Positions 20,102 to 29,287 of a stretch of 64,000 nucleotides of DNA are shown here, one piece after another (position 1 is the stretch's first letter; each line of letters starts with the position of its first letter). The translations under genes and the position numbers were made by a program. The DNA lies in the IMG/VR virus record IMGVR_UViG_3300009158_000031, positions 190,394-254,393 of that record. One strand, written 5' to 3'. Under the pieces are notes generated by a model. That model did no database searches. It was not told the DNA's origin and saw nothing but the letters and a program-made list of their open reading frames with translations.

Positions 20102-20491
20102 ATGGAAACGACAACAATCGTAGTGTTAAGCGTAGCAAGCACTCTAGTAATCATTGGACTAATAGCAATGGTAAACGGGTTACGTAAGGCACACAAACAA
20201 ATCACCCACCTATTAGAAACTTCAAATTCAAGTATTCGCCATCATGAAGAAATTCACGATCGAATAAGTGAAGAGAATGAAAACCTGAATCGAATCATTT
20301 GCACTATGGAAAATAACATCCATCGTCGTATAGATGAAACTCTACAACAAGCCGACCAGCAATATGCAAATATTTCTCGTCACGCTGAAGAAACCTGGAA
20401 AGAAAATCAATCCGATTTAGATCGTCGATTTGATCGTCTTTATAATAAAATATACGAGGCATTACCTCAATTGAAAGAAAAAACTAATTAA
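20102..20491 (+). CDS. membrane-anchored coiled-coil protein
   Basis: N-terminal TM, DRRFDRL. Confidence 0.7.
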   Translation: METTTIVVLSVASTLVIIGLIAMVNGLRKAHKQITHLLETSNSSIRHHEEIHDRISEENENLNRIICTMENNIHRRIDETLQQADQQYANISRHAEETWKENQSDLDRRFDRLYNKIYEALPQLKEKTN

Positions 20492-20512
20492 CAATTAATC
20501 GAGAAGGAGTTC

Positions 20513-20541
20513 AGAGAGGGTTCTAACGAACCCTCTCTTTT
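20513..20541 (+). terminator. intrinsic terminator
   Basis: AGAGAGGGTTC-TAAC-GAACCCTCTCT followed by T-tract. Confidence 0.85.
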
Positions 20542-20567
20542 CATATAAATTAAATATTCCTTATAAA

Positions 20568-21323
20568 ATGAAATCTATACTAATTGTAATTATGTTCTTG
20601 GCATCTACTGCCTTTGCACAAGATACTTCAAAGATCAATCCAATCAAAATACAAATTGGTCTTGGCGGAAATTATACTGATGGAAATGCTAAAATACTTG
20701 GATTCAATACCAACAATTCTATTACATATACCTCACTAAATCGTGAGTGGTCTTTGCTGCCATCATTTATTTACTCACAAGTACAACAAGATAATGAGTT
20801 CAAACCCAGACAGCGAGAACTATACATAACCGGTGCTGTTCAAGAAAGACGAGGTTCCGACAAAATTATTTCGGCTTTTGAACTAGAGACTTCATTAGTA
20901 AAACAAATCCGATTAAGAACATCAATTGGTCTTGGATGGAGTTTCGATATAATTCGAACACCTAAAACTAAATTCATCATATCCGAAGCCGCTGTATATG
21001 AATCATATTTATCAGATTTGATAATTGATAAAAACCTACAATCGCTTAGAGCATCTACTCGAATTAGATTTTCCACTAATGGGAAAGTCAATACCGATTT
21101 TGTAGCACTTATACAACCTTCAATATGGAATGATCGAGGAGTTAGTGCAGCTAATAATACAAATTCTCGCATATCTGCAACGATTGCTATACCAGTTACC
21201 AAGAAATTACAATTTGGAATAACCTCTACATTTATTGGATCTACCTATTCAAATTTCATTAATTCTGGAATCAATCCCGCTGACATAAATACAACTTTTT
21301 CACTCATATATAAAAATCTATAA
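20568..21323 (+). CDS. outer-membrane beta-barrel protein (DUF481-like)
   Basis: Signal peptide AFA|Q, GGNYTDGN, amphipathic strands, C-terminal FSLIYKNL. Confidence 0.7.
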   Translation: MKSILIVIMFLASTAFAQDTSKINPIKIQIGLGGNYTDGNAKILGFNTNNSITYTSLNREWSLLPSFIYSQVQQDNEFKPRQRELYITGAVQERRGSDKIISAFELETSLVKQIRLRTSIGLGWSFDIIRTPKTKFIISEAAVYESYLSDLIIDKNLQSLRASTRIRFSTNGKVNTDFVALIQPSIWNDRGVSAANNTNSRISATIAIPVTKKLQFGITSTFIGSTYSNFINSGINPADINTTFSLIYKNL

Positions 21324-21325
21324 AC

Positions 21326-21556
21326 ATGATAATATCAATAATTGGCTTAATCGCTACACTCATCACAATAGGATCATTCCTATTTAAAGAAATCAAAGAC
21401 ATTCGAATGGTTAATTTCATTGGCTGTTTGGTTTGGTTATTATATGGATCGTTAAAGCTCGATTTTCCGGTCATAACGGTAAATTCTGCTATTGCTCTGA
21501 TACACCTATATTCATTTATAAAATCCGAAGATGATAACAATTCTATCGGTAGCTAA
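21326..21556 (+). CDS. small membrane protein (YgjV/PQ-loop-like)
   Basis: SFLFK..IR.VN.IGC.W..YG. Confidence 0.65.
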   Translation: MIISIIGLIATLITIGSFLFKEIKDIRMVNFIGCLVWLLYGSLKLDFPVITVNSAIALIHLYSFIKSEDDNNSIGS

Positions 21557-21734
21557 TTTAGTTAATTATATTGTAATTGGTGCCATTTTGGCATTCATTT
21601 CCGATATAACTATGAGATACATTATCAAAAAACCTGAACTAGAATTTACTAACGTCGAAAGATGTGCCATCATTGCGCTTTGGCCTATATACGTGGCAAT
21701 CATTATATTAGGAAATTCAAAATCAAAAAAATAG
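21531..21734 (+). CDS. small membrane protein
   Basis: Two TM, LWP. Confidence 0.55.
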   Translation: MITILSVANLVNYIVIGAILAFISDITMRYIIKKPELEFTNVERCAIIALWPIYVAIIILGNSKSKK

Positions 21735-21738
21735 AAAC

Positions 21739-21957
21739 ATGCTAAATTATTTCAAACAACCTAAAACCCGAGCTATCATTTCCACTATATTGGTAGTTGT
21801 GGGAACCACTCTTTCCATCGAAGCTGCTCTATGGTTAGTATTCAATTATGGACGAGAGCTAATGGCCTTCACGGTTATTCTCGCTATGGCTTGGTTAAGT
21901 CGTAGTATATACTTTTCGTATTTGGAAAAATATCGCAAAGAAAAAGAAACAAAATAG
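21739..21957 (+). CDS. small membrane protein
   Basis: Two TM. Confidence 0.55.
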   Translation: MLNYFKQPKTRAIISTILVVVGTTLSIEAALWLVFNYGRELMAFTVILAMAWLSRSIYFSYLEKYRKEKETK

Positions 21958-21963
21958 TCAATC

Positions 21964-22197
21964 ATGCAATATTATATAGGCATATTACCAGAAGATCGAG
22001 GTCGACTTAGATCCACGATAGAGTTTTTAAATGACAATCCCAATTGGCGATGGCAGGTTAAAGTCTTATCAGAATTTGACGATCCTGATGGATATTATAC
22101 ATTCCAAATGGAAGGGAATGAGGAGACTTATCGACACTTTCTTCGACTCTCTACTAACGAAGGATTTGTCAAATCTCTTAATCATTATGAAGAGTAG
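21964..22197 (+). CDS. hypothetical protein
   Basis: Operon ORF. Confidence 0.55.
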   Translation: MQYYIGILPEDRGRLRSTIEFLNDNPNWRWQVKVLSEFDDPDGYYTFQMEGNEETYRHFLRLSTNEGFVKSLNHYEE

Positions 22198-22444
22198 TTG
22201 GTTCGTTTATATAGTTCGTTGCTCTGATGGAACTCTGTATACCGGAATCACCGTTGACCTTCAAAAACGAGTGGCCTCTCACAACTCCAAGAAAGGAGCT
22301 AAATATACTGCGACTCGAACTCCTGTCGAGTTAGTTTGGTCTCAACCTTCAGAAACGAGATCCACTGCCGCGAAAGAAGAGTGGAGAATAAAACAGCTTT
22401 CCCGTACAGAAAAACTCGCCTTAATAGATAATCTTATATTATAA
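22187..22444 (+). CDS. GIY-YIG nuclease (UPF0213/YhbQ-like)
   Basis: WFVYIVRCSDGTLYTGIT..R...HN..GAKYT; start moved to MKSSW. Confidence 0.9.
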   Translation: MKSSWFVYIVRCSDGTLYTGITVDLQKRVASHNSKKGAKYTATRTPVELVWSQPSETRSTAAKEEWRIKQLSRTEKLALIDNLIL

Positions 22445-22569
22445 TAATCTAGTACAGATCACTCCCTTGCAAGTAGAGTAAATAAAAAGTTTGCTCACTC
22501 TAAACACACTCTTCTAATATAATCTACTACATCTTATATAGGATAAACCGCTTTATATAGAAGGTAATA

Positions 22570-22900
22570 CGCTATATAAGGTAATAATCTATATAGATAA
22601 CTCTCCTCCTCGTCTGACTAGTCGTGGTGTTGTGAGCGGAGAAATCCGGTAAGCCACGGAGGAAGCCGGTATTTGCAGATCCGCTTATAGTGACACCTTT
22701 TGTTTTCCGCATTCTCACAAAGATTTGCCGCATATACCAACGAGCCGTTAAGTACCGAGGAATCCATAATCGTAATGGCTCTCAATCACCCAGGGCTCGT
22801 TGCTAACTCCCATCACCAAAGCTACTCCGTCCACAACCCGCCTACCCTTATATAGTGATAATTGGATCCGGTGGTAATTCCGCCTTACCTTATATAAGGA
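22570..22900 (+). ncRNA. GC-rich structured non-coding element of unknown class
   Basis: Several stems read by eye, including CAACGAGCC/GGCTCGTTG; no long ORF. Confidence 0.45.
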
Positions 22901-22925
22901 ATATTGAATCCAGTAGCGATTAAGA

Positions 22926-22987
22926 TGTTAATAACTTTCTCACAAAACATTTTTTTATTACAACCTTTTTTATTATATTTGTATATA
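22926..22987 (+). promoter_or_regulatory. promoter repeat copy 4
   Basis: TGTTAATAACTTT...TATTATATTTG. Confidence 0.8.
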
Positions 22988-23007
22988 CATAATAACTAAT
23001 ACACTAT

Positions 23008-23286
23008 ATGGAAGAACAAGAAGATTTTAATCAGGAACTCGATCCTGTACAAAAGGCCGAGTTAGAATTACAATATCAAGAAGAAATAGGAAAGGCCATG
23101 AGAAGTGCATTTGCTTATATAGAGGAAGATCTAGGCTGGGAGGCTTGGATCGAGAATCGAGTGATTGGTGACGCGGCCAAGAAGCGGAGAATCCTCGATA
23201 ATATGATGAAATGGTTTGCTTCTCCAGAGGTGGAGGAATATGAGAAATCCGCTCGCATCAAAAGGGCTATTGATACTCTCGTATAG
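23008..23286 (+). CDS. acidic protein with UVR-like C-terminal motif
   Basis: EEYEKSARIK. Confidence 0.6.
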   Translation: MEEQEDFNQELDPVQKAELELQYQEEIGKAMRSAFAYIEEDLGWEAWIENRVIGDAAKKRRILDNMMKWFASPEVEEYEKSARIKRAIDTLV

Positions 23287-23288
23287 GT

Positions 23289-23370
23289 TGTTAATAACTT
23301 TGTTAATAAGTTTTGAAACAAATAGTAAAATAAATTTTTTTATTCCACAAATAAGTATTATATTTATATA
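23289..23370 (+). promoter_or_regulatory. promoter repeat copy 5 (two tandem boxes)
   Basis: TGTTAATAAC at 23289, TGTTAATAAG at 23301, TATTCCACA at 23341. Confidence 0.8.
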
Positions 23371-23398
23371 TTATTTAATTAACTTAAAAAAGATCTAT

Positions 23399-23653
23399 AT
23401 GCAAATCAATCAAATTAAAACCGGTTCCTTTATTCGTAACAGCGGTGGATTTACCTTCCACGTAACACTTACCGAGAAGTTCGCTCACCTTCACCCTATC
23501 GATGATAACACATCTACCTCAACGAAGGTACTACCTATAGCGGTATTCAATCAGTTAATTCGTAATCACAACTTCGTTACCGTTACCAATCCCAATAACG
23601 CACACGAAAGAATTCTTACTAAATCATATGGATCAAGATTATTAACACAATAA
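23399..23653 (+). CDS. hypothetical early protein
   Basis: Start moved to MQINQ after the promoter. Confidence 0.6.
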   Translation: MQINQIKTGSFIRNSGGFTFHVTLTEKFAHLHPIDDNTSTSTKVLPIAVFNQLIRNHNFVTVTNPNNAHERILTKSYGSRLLTQ

Positions 23654-23716
23654 TGTTAATAACTTTCCCATCAAACATTTTTTTATACCAAAAAAAAGTA
23701 TTATATTTATACTATA
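23654..23716 (+). promoter_or_regulatory. promoter repeat copy 6
   Basis: Same architecture and spacing. Confidence 0.8.
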
Positions 23717-23749
23717 TTTAAAAATCAAATAAAACAAAAAAAATCAATT

Positions 23750-24067
23750 ATGGCAAAATCATCTAGAGGCGGATTAACAGTTTACGATAAACAAGATGTG
23801 GTAATATCACAATTCGCAAAAATCGTACGTAACGAACAATACAGAAAAGAACCAACATGGTTCGAACAACAGGTAATCGATTCTAAACAACGTACTGCGG
23901 ATTATCAAAAACGTATGGTGAACAACCCACCTCAACCCCGTATCTCACACTATAATCCAGACAATATCTTAAATCGCACCAGACACTTATCTGCGGAAGA
24001 TCGTAAAATCGCAATCAAACAATTTCTTAAAGAAGAAAAGGCTGCTAATAATTTAATCAATCAGTAA
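23750..24067 (+). CDS. hypothetical early protein
   Basis: ORF after promoter. Confidence 0.65.
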   Translation: MAKSSRGGLTVYDKQDVVISQFAKIVRNEQYRKEPTWFEQQVIDSKQRTADYQKRMVNNPPQPRISHYNPDNILNRTRHLSAEDRKIAIKQFLKEEKAANNLINQ

Positions 24068-24087
24068 TCTCTAAATAAAAAAAACAT

Positions 24088-24411
24088 ATGTCAGCAAGAC
24101 CACACTCCCTAAATGATGAATTACCTTCTAATCCAAATATTAGAAGAGATCAATACAAACGTATACTTGGTATTCTTAAAATACATCGTGATCGTCCTCA
24201 ATTAGCTTTCGATCTTATAAGAGATTACGCTAAAGGTGTAGATAAGGTGAAAACCGTTTTCCTATACCCCAATGGTACTGGTGATATCCCAACCGAAATT
24301 CGAGTAGTTTCTGAAGGTTCACATACCGAATCTATGGCTACACAAATCATGACTACCGTTTATTCATTTCCTTTCGAACGTCCTGAAATCGTTGAACCAC
24401 CCGTATTGTAG
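24088..24411 (+). CDS. hypothetical protein
   Basis: ORF with A-rich leader. Confidence 0.6.
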   Translation: MSARPHSLNDELPSNPNIRRDQYKRILGILKIHRDRPQLAFDLIRDYAKGVDKVKTVFLYPNGTGDIPTEIRVVSEGSHTESMATQIMTTVYSFPFERPEIVEPPVL

Positions 24412-24473
24412 AATACATATAATAATAAACCACTCCACTCTCACACAGACGGTGGACTAAAAACAACCAATCA

Positions 24474-25562
24474 ATGACAATATCTCAAAAGCAATTTAGT
24501 GACTTCCGAGAAGACGCACTAAAAAATCAACCACTCCGCAAGGAAATCGCACTAGCCGATATTCGTTTCGTCACTATGGATGCAATCGAATATGCCGGTT
24601 TAAACTTTGGACTTGCTCGTCCTGCACTTAAAGATCTAATGCGTATATTAGGTGTAAACATGAATATCGAATCTCGCTTATCTGAATCTATCGGTGAGGA
24701 TGGTGCGAGGAACTTCCTTAATGGTCTAAGATCTGCACTATCTAAATCAGCCGGATCTATTATCTTATCGGTTACACCAGATCGCATCATTCAACGTATC
24801 ACTAAAGGTGGAAAAGAAACTTCACTCTTTACTGCACCTACCTACTTCAATACAGTAGATCGCTTTATGAATACCAACTCCGGTATGGAAATAAAGGATA
24901 TGCACTTCAATCGCGAAACAGGTGGAATATCGCTCTCTGCGGCTTCACCCAAATCAGAATTTAACGTGGGTAACTTTAACGATGAGGTTTTCCATGGAGG
25001 ATTAAATCTCTCTATCACTGCCGATGGAATTAAAGCCGCTCCTTATCTACACCGTCTAGTGTGTACGAACGGAATGGTAACACGTTCTTTCGAGGAATCC
25101 TTTAATCTTAATCGCAACACCACTGAAAGTTGGACTTCCTTCTGGCAGAATCTAGAAAGAATCGAACACTCTGGATTTCAACCCATCGCCTTTACCAACA
25201 AGGTACTCGCTGCGAAAAACACTACTGCTTCTTTCGCTGAGATGGAAAGATCAATGAACCTCATCCTAGGTAATTCAAAATGTGATCTAGACAATCTACC
25301 CCAATTCATCAATTACCGTCCGACCTTCAATCGTCTACACTCTACAGGAATCGATACCCTGAAGTTAACACCAGGACAGAAACGCAATCTACGTACTGGC
25401 TTAACCATGTGGGATTGCATTAATGGAGTTACCGATTTTGCCTCACACAATTATGGTTTTGAAAAAACAGCTAACTGTGATCGCCACTTACAGTTACAAG
25501 CTGGTGATATCCTCACTAAGGACTTCGACACACAAAACCTAATCCTGAATCAACCTTACTAA
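24474..25562 (+). CDS. DUF932-like phage/plasmid protein
   Basis: LHRLVCTNGM; TMWDCINGVTDFASH. Confidence 0.7.
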   Translation: MTISQKQFSDFREDALKNQPLRKEIALADIRFVTMDAIEYAGLNFGLARPALKDLMRILGVNMNIESRLSESIGEDGARNFLNGLRSALSKSAGSIILSVTPDRIIQRITKGGKETSLFTAPTYFNTVDRFMNTNSGMEIKDMHFNRETGGISLSAASPKSEFNVGNFNDEVFHGGLNLSITADGIKAAPYLHRLVCTNGMVTRSFEESFNLNRNTTESWTSFWQNLERIEHSGFQPIAFTNKVLAAKNTTASFAEMERSMNLILGNSKCDLDNLPQFINYRPTFNRLHSTGIDTLKLTPGQKRNLRTGLTMWDCINGVTDFASHNYGFEKTANCDRHLQLQAGDILTKDFDTQNLILNQPY

Positions 25563-25612
25563 GAGTAAGGAACTGCGAGTGGAGAAAACCACTCTAATTT
25601 GATAATACCACT

Positions 25613-25639
25613 AAGGCTGCTCACTAGAGTGGCCTTTTT
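25613..25639 (+). terminator. intrinsic terminator
   Basis: AAGGCTGCTC-ACTA-GAGTGGCCTT then TTT. Confidence 0.75.
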
Positions 25640-25682
25640 GTGGTTTACACAGCGAGACTGCCCTATTACTCACCTTTACCAC

Positions 25683-26030
25683 CTAGAAGAGACTAGATAC
25701 CTTCTAGTCTCACCTAATAAGGGCCTGTACAGATCTAGACCAGCAAAACAACATCCTACTAGATCTAGATCTTAACAAGAAGAGCCTAGATAGACTAGAT
25801 GAGTACTAGCAGTGTACTAGTAGGATCTATTAAGGCTAGAAGCAGACTAGAAGAGCTCAATATATCCACATATAGGACAGAAGAGTGCTATAAAGACTCA
25901 TATATACTCATTATATCACCGATAGATCATCTAGAAGCCGCTGAGGTGAGCTATAGGGACTAGAAAGTCAAAAAAAGGTCACAAAAAGCCAAAAAGGATC
26001 ACTTTTAGCCAAAAAGGATCAAAAAGGCCA
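25683..26030. repeat. helically phased CTAG array and phased A-tract repeats
   Basis: 14 CTAG within 25683-25963; AGCCAAAAAGGATCA at 25987 and 26007. Confidence 0.8.
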
Positions 26031-26583
26031 CATGTGCTCCTCGTAATCCATGTCTTGTCCGCGTTAACGTCCCGTGGAAGTCCAGTCCTGGCTAGGGCCC
26101 ATGAAATTCCGGACATTTTTGACCCTCGAAACTTTGGGCCGGAAATAAGGCGACGCACATCCCACTCTATACGGAAAGCCCTTTCTGGTAACGCGAGTAA
26201 GAGAAGCCCAAAGGCCTTTTTAAAAAAATTTTCCAGACTATATAGGATCTCTCGAAACTCATTGACTAATATATAGAGTAGCCGGTGAGTCTTTTTAAAC
26301 CTTTCTGACTCTTTGTTTTGCTCGAAGGAGAAGGTACTGACAGAGTGAAGACGGCTACTTTGTTTACAGTAATCTGTTAATAGTAAACTCTTACCCGACG
26401 CAAACGACGAGGGGCCATCCAGACTTCTCTGATGGTTTATTTCGCATCCCTCTTTTATACTCTCGGTATAAATTCGAGACCTCGATTGAACTGCCGATAC
26501 CGCGACTCGCATCTGATAACCACGATAAATAAACCATATACTCGATCTTACCGGCGAATCGTGTAAGTCATATAAAAACTAAT

Positions 26584-26910
26584 ATGGAAATGAAAACTGT
26601 AATGTACTGTTCAACTATTGAAGATGCACGAGAGTGTATTGAAGATGATACGACGATATTTCCGCTTCTCGAAAGAGCTCTGATTACCATGTGGAAGACA
26701 ACCTCTCACTCTGAGGAAGTTCTAGAAATCCGTTGTATGGATGTAGGTGCTTCTATGTGGGTAACTCTCCGTCGAAGTGAGTGTGATGAAGTATGGGAGA
26801 AGATCATCACTTGGAGAAGTGGAAGAGAAGAGTGGGAAGAACTGACGGTACTTAAAGATATTCGAGATGAGTGGTTCAACTCTAAGAAGGTTGTGGAGCC
26901 AGTCCATTGA
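26584..26910 (+). CDS. hypothetical protein
   Basis: ORF after CATATAA motif; weak UVR-like end. Confidence 0.6.
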   Translation: MEMKTVMYCSTIEDARECIEDDTTIFPLLERALITMWKTTSHSEEVLEIRCMDVGASMWVTLRRSECDEVWEKIITWRSGREEWEELTVLKDIRDEWFNSKKVVEPVH

Positions 26911-27016
26911 AAAAAAAAAGCCCTCCAGCGTTCAAACTCTGAGTTTCAGGAATAAATAGAAATATAAACGAACAAAAAAGCGCGCAGCGGCTTCCACCTC
27001 TGAGTACCAAGAATAA

Positions 27017-27394
27017 ATGAAATCAATACCTACATATCACGAATTCCTTAATGAGACCGTCTCATTTAATACCGATACTACTGGTCGTGAAGATTGGGAT
27101 GATGATCTAAAGAAACATTCTAGAGATTTTACTCAATCTATAGTAATAATGAGTCCGATGGATTTCTTGAAGAGAGTTCAATATCACCGATTTGAGATTA
27201 ATAAATCTAAAGTGGCTAATTATGTTAAAGAATTTCGTGGTAATGTCAAAGGAATTCCAGCACCAACCATGTGGTTCTCTGATAAGTTTCAATACGATAA
27301 AGGACTTGCTCCTGCTTTTCATGATGGATCTCATCGCATGCTAGCTCTACAAGAAGTAGGGATACGAGAAGTTCCGGTTAAAATTATATACTAA
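27017..27394 (+). CDS. ParB/Srx-like protein with capsid-targeting-like N-terminus
   Basis: MKSIPTYHEFLNE; DGSHRMLAL...VPV. Confidence 0.65.
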   Translation: MKSIPTYHEFLNETVSFNTDTTGREDWDDDLKKHSRDFTQSIVIMSPMDFLKRVQYHRFEINKSKVANYVKEFRGNVKGIPAPTMWFSDKFQYDKGLAPAFHDGSHRMLALQEVGIREVPVKIIY

Positions 27395-27395
27395 G

Positions 27396-28016
27396 ATGAA
27401 AAACATTCAAACATACGAAAGCTTCTTAAATGAACTTCGACATTCAAAAGAGTTTTTAATAGACCTATTTTCTAAAATGGATATTTTAGATAATGATGTA
27501 TACAAAAACATTTTAATCCATTACATTGAACAACCACAAAATTTAGAAAAACAAGAGTTCATTGATTTAGTTTCATGGTTGATCCAGAATAAAAACAAGT
27601 ACAGTGAAGTACTAAAGCCTAAAAATGGATATGCATACAGAGGAACTTCAATAACTCCTGATATGTTTCATAAATTAAAAAATGGATTATCAAAAAAAGA
27701 AGGTGGTATAAGCATATTTAACTTTCCTTATACCAGCGAATCAGAAGCACAAAGTTGGACATATGATTATAAAGTAGCAATGAGGTTTGCGGATAAAGGT
27801 CTTTTAAATAACCCTAGATTAGAAAAAGGAGCTAGACCAGCTATTTTAAGAGCTAAGATAGATGATACATTTGTAGGTAATCCTAAGTTGACTGGTCCCA
27901 TAGCTGACCGATTAAGTCTGAAGTCCGAAAAGGAAATATTTCATTTAGGGAATTCTATAAAAGATGCTGAATGGATGATATTCTCAGCCGATATAGAATT
28001 AGGAAAATTTAATTAG
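27396..28016 (+). CDS. ADP-ribosyltransferase-fold protein with capsid-targeting-like N-terminus
   Basis: MKNIQTYESFLNE; YRG, QSWT...A..FA, EKE (R-S-E triad). Confidence 0.6.
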   Translation: MKNIQTYESFLNELRHSKEFLIDLFSKMDILDNDVYKNILIHYIEQPQNLEKQEFIDLVSWLIQNKNKYSEVLKPKNGYAYRGTSITPDMFHKLKNGLSKKEGGISIFNFPYTSESEAQSWTYDYKVAMRFADKGLLNNPRLEKGARPAILRAKIDDTFVGNPKLTGPIADRLSLKSEKEIFHLGNSIKDAEWMIFSADIELGKFN

Positions 28017-28026
28017 TATAAAGACT

Positions 28027-28425
28027 ATGAAATCAATATCGACATATGATGAATTCTTAAATGAGTCTATTCGTGCAGAAGAGGCTTATCGAGATACAGG
28101 AGCTATTCAAACCGTCATTGATGGAAAGAGAGATATGGGATTCATTACCATCAAATCATCGGTTGATGTGAGCGAAAAAGAATTCTGGACATTGGTGAAG
28201 ATACACGATCTGAGTACCATTCACCTATCTGGAAATGAATATGATGCCTATATCTATTATCATAAAGGAGCCGAGCGAGGTGCCAGAGAGCTAGCGAAGA
28301 TTGCTAACAAATACGGTGGATATCTATCACATGAAGCGACTGAACGAGAATCTCGTCGAATAGGCGAACTTCTAGGTTACGATCGACGAGACATAGATGA
28401 TTATATAAAGAAAAACTACAAATAA
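28027..28425 (+). CDS. hypothetical protein with capsid-targeting-like N-terminus
   Basis: MKSISTYDEFLNE; IGELLGY. Confidence 0.65.
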   Translation: MKSISTYDEFLNESIRAEEAYRDTGAIQTVIDGKRDMGFITIKSSVDVSEKEFWTLVKIHDLSTIHLSGNEYDAYIYYHKGAERGARELAKIANKYGGYLSHEATERESRRIGELLGYDRRDIDDYIKKNYK

Positions 28426-28580
28426 TGGATAATGGAAAACGTAATCAATTAAAACCTGTGAGAATCGCTGATGTTAATAAGTTGGTGGCTAATGATCCGA
28501 GGATTCTTATTAAAGTTAATCATAAAGGTGGAAGTGGAGTTTCTCTTATGAACACTAATAAAATTAAAGACCGAAAATAA
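28425..28580 (+). CDS. small basic protein (51 aa, missing from ORF track)
   Basis: TAATG coupling; fills the gap to 28583. Confidence 0.5.
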   Translation: MDNGKRNQLKPVRIADVNKLVANDPRILIKVNHKGGSGVSLMNTNKIKDRK

Positions 28581-28582
28581 GA

Positions 28583-29287
28583 ATGAGAAAGATAGCCTTA
28601 TATGAGCAATGGATAAATGAAATTGGTGATTCATCAGCCAAGCCATTCAAATGGAGTAGTCCTGTTATCGCTGTTAATATGAAGAGATGGATAGATGATT
28701 GTATCGAAGGAGCTGCAGACAAGAAGATGAGTGGAACTCAAGAAGATATTTACTATAAAACTAAAACATTTAGATATGAATTCCGATCGGATGTGACTAA
28801 TACAAATTATCATGTACACATCGGTGGATTTGTTGGTAGAAATATCTGGATTGCCTTTCAAGGAGAAAAACCTAAAGATTGGGTTGGATATCATATAATT
28901 GCCGGATTAGGATTTGGTGTTGAAGGAGATTTCGATAAAACTACTAATCTTAATGAACAATTCCGAGTAATGGCAACCGTTACCGAATGTGCCATTGATT
29001 TTCTACAACGATTCTTGGATGATGGACGAATCAAGATTGATAAATTTCACATGAAACCTAAGGCCGATCACGAAGAACAAAAAGGAATAGATTCTCGTCG
29101 AGCTAAACTATATGCCCCTTATATTAAAGCCGCATTCCGCAAACTCAAAACGAAGAAGGATTATTACATAGATCAAGAGGCAGATGGATTCGTTCTTCAT
29201 TTCGGAAAGGTCATAATGAACTCTCCTTATTCCACTTCAGTATTAGCATCAACCTTTGAAAATGAAGAATCCAATGAAATCAATTAA
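28583..29287 (+). CDS. hypothetical protein with capsid-targeting-like N-terminus
   Basis: MRKIALYEQWINE; RRAKLY. Confidence 0.65.
   Translation: MRKIALYEQWINEIGDSSAKPFKWSSPVIAVNMKRWIDDCIEGAADKKMSGTQEDIYYKTKTFRYEFRSDVTNTNYHVHIGGFVGRNIWIAFQGEKPKDWVGYHIIAGLGFGVEGDFDKTTNLNEQFRVMATVTECAIDFLQRFLDDGRIKIDKFHMKPKADHEEQKGIDSRRAKLYAPYIKAAFRKLKTKKDYYIDQEADGFVLHFGKVIMNSPYSTSVLASTFENEESNEIN

Noticed and set aside
20568-21323. Calling the barrel a PorP/SprF partner
   Set aside because: No recognisable PorP/SprF motifs, and it is not adjacent to the cargo gene
22187-22920. Group I intron or homing element next to the GIY-YIG gene
   Set aside because: No interrupted gene or recognisable catalytic core; the nuclease is a short YhbQ-like type
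25979-26512. ORFs 25979-26512 (-) and 26034-26276 (+)
   Set aside because: Arg/Ser-rich, atypical codon use, no leader motif; likely chance ORFs in GC-richer non-coding DNA
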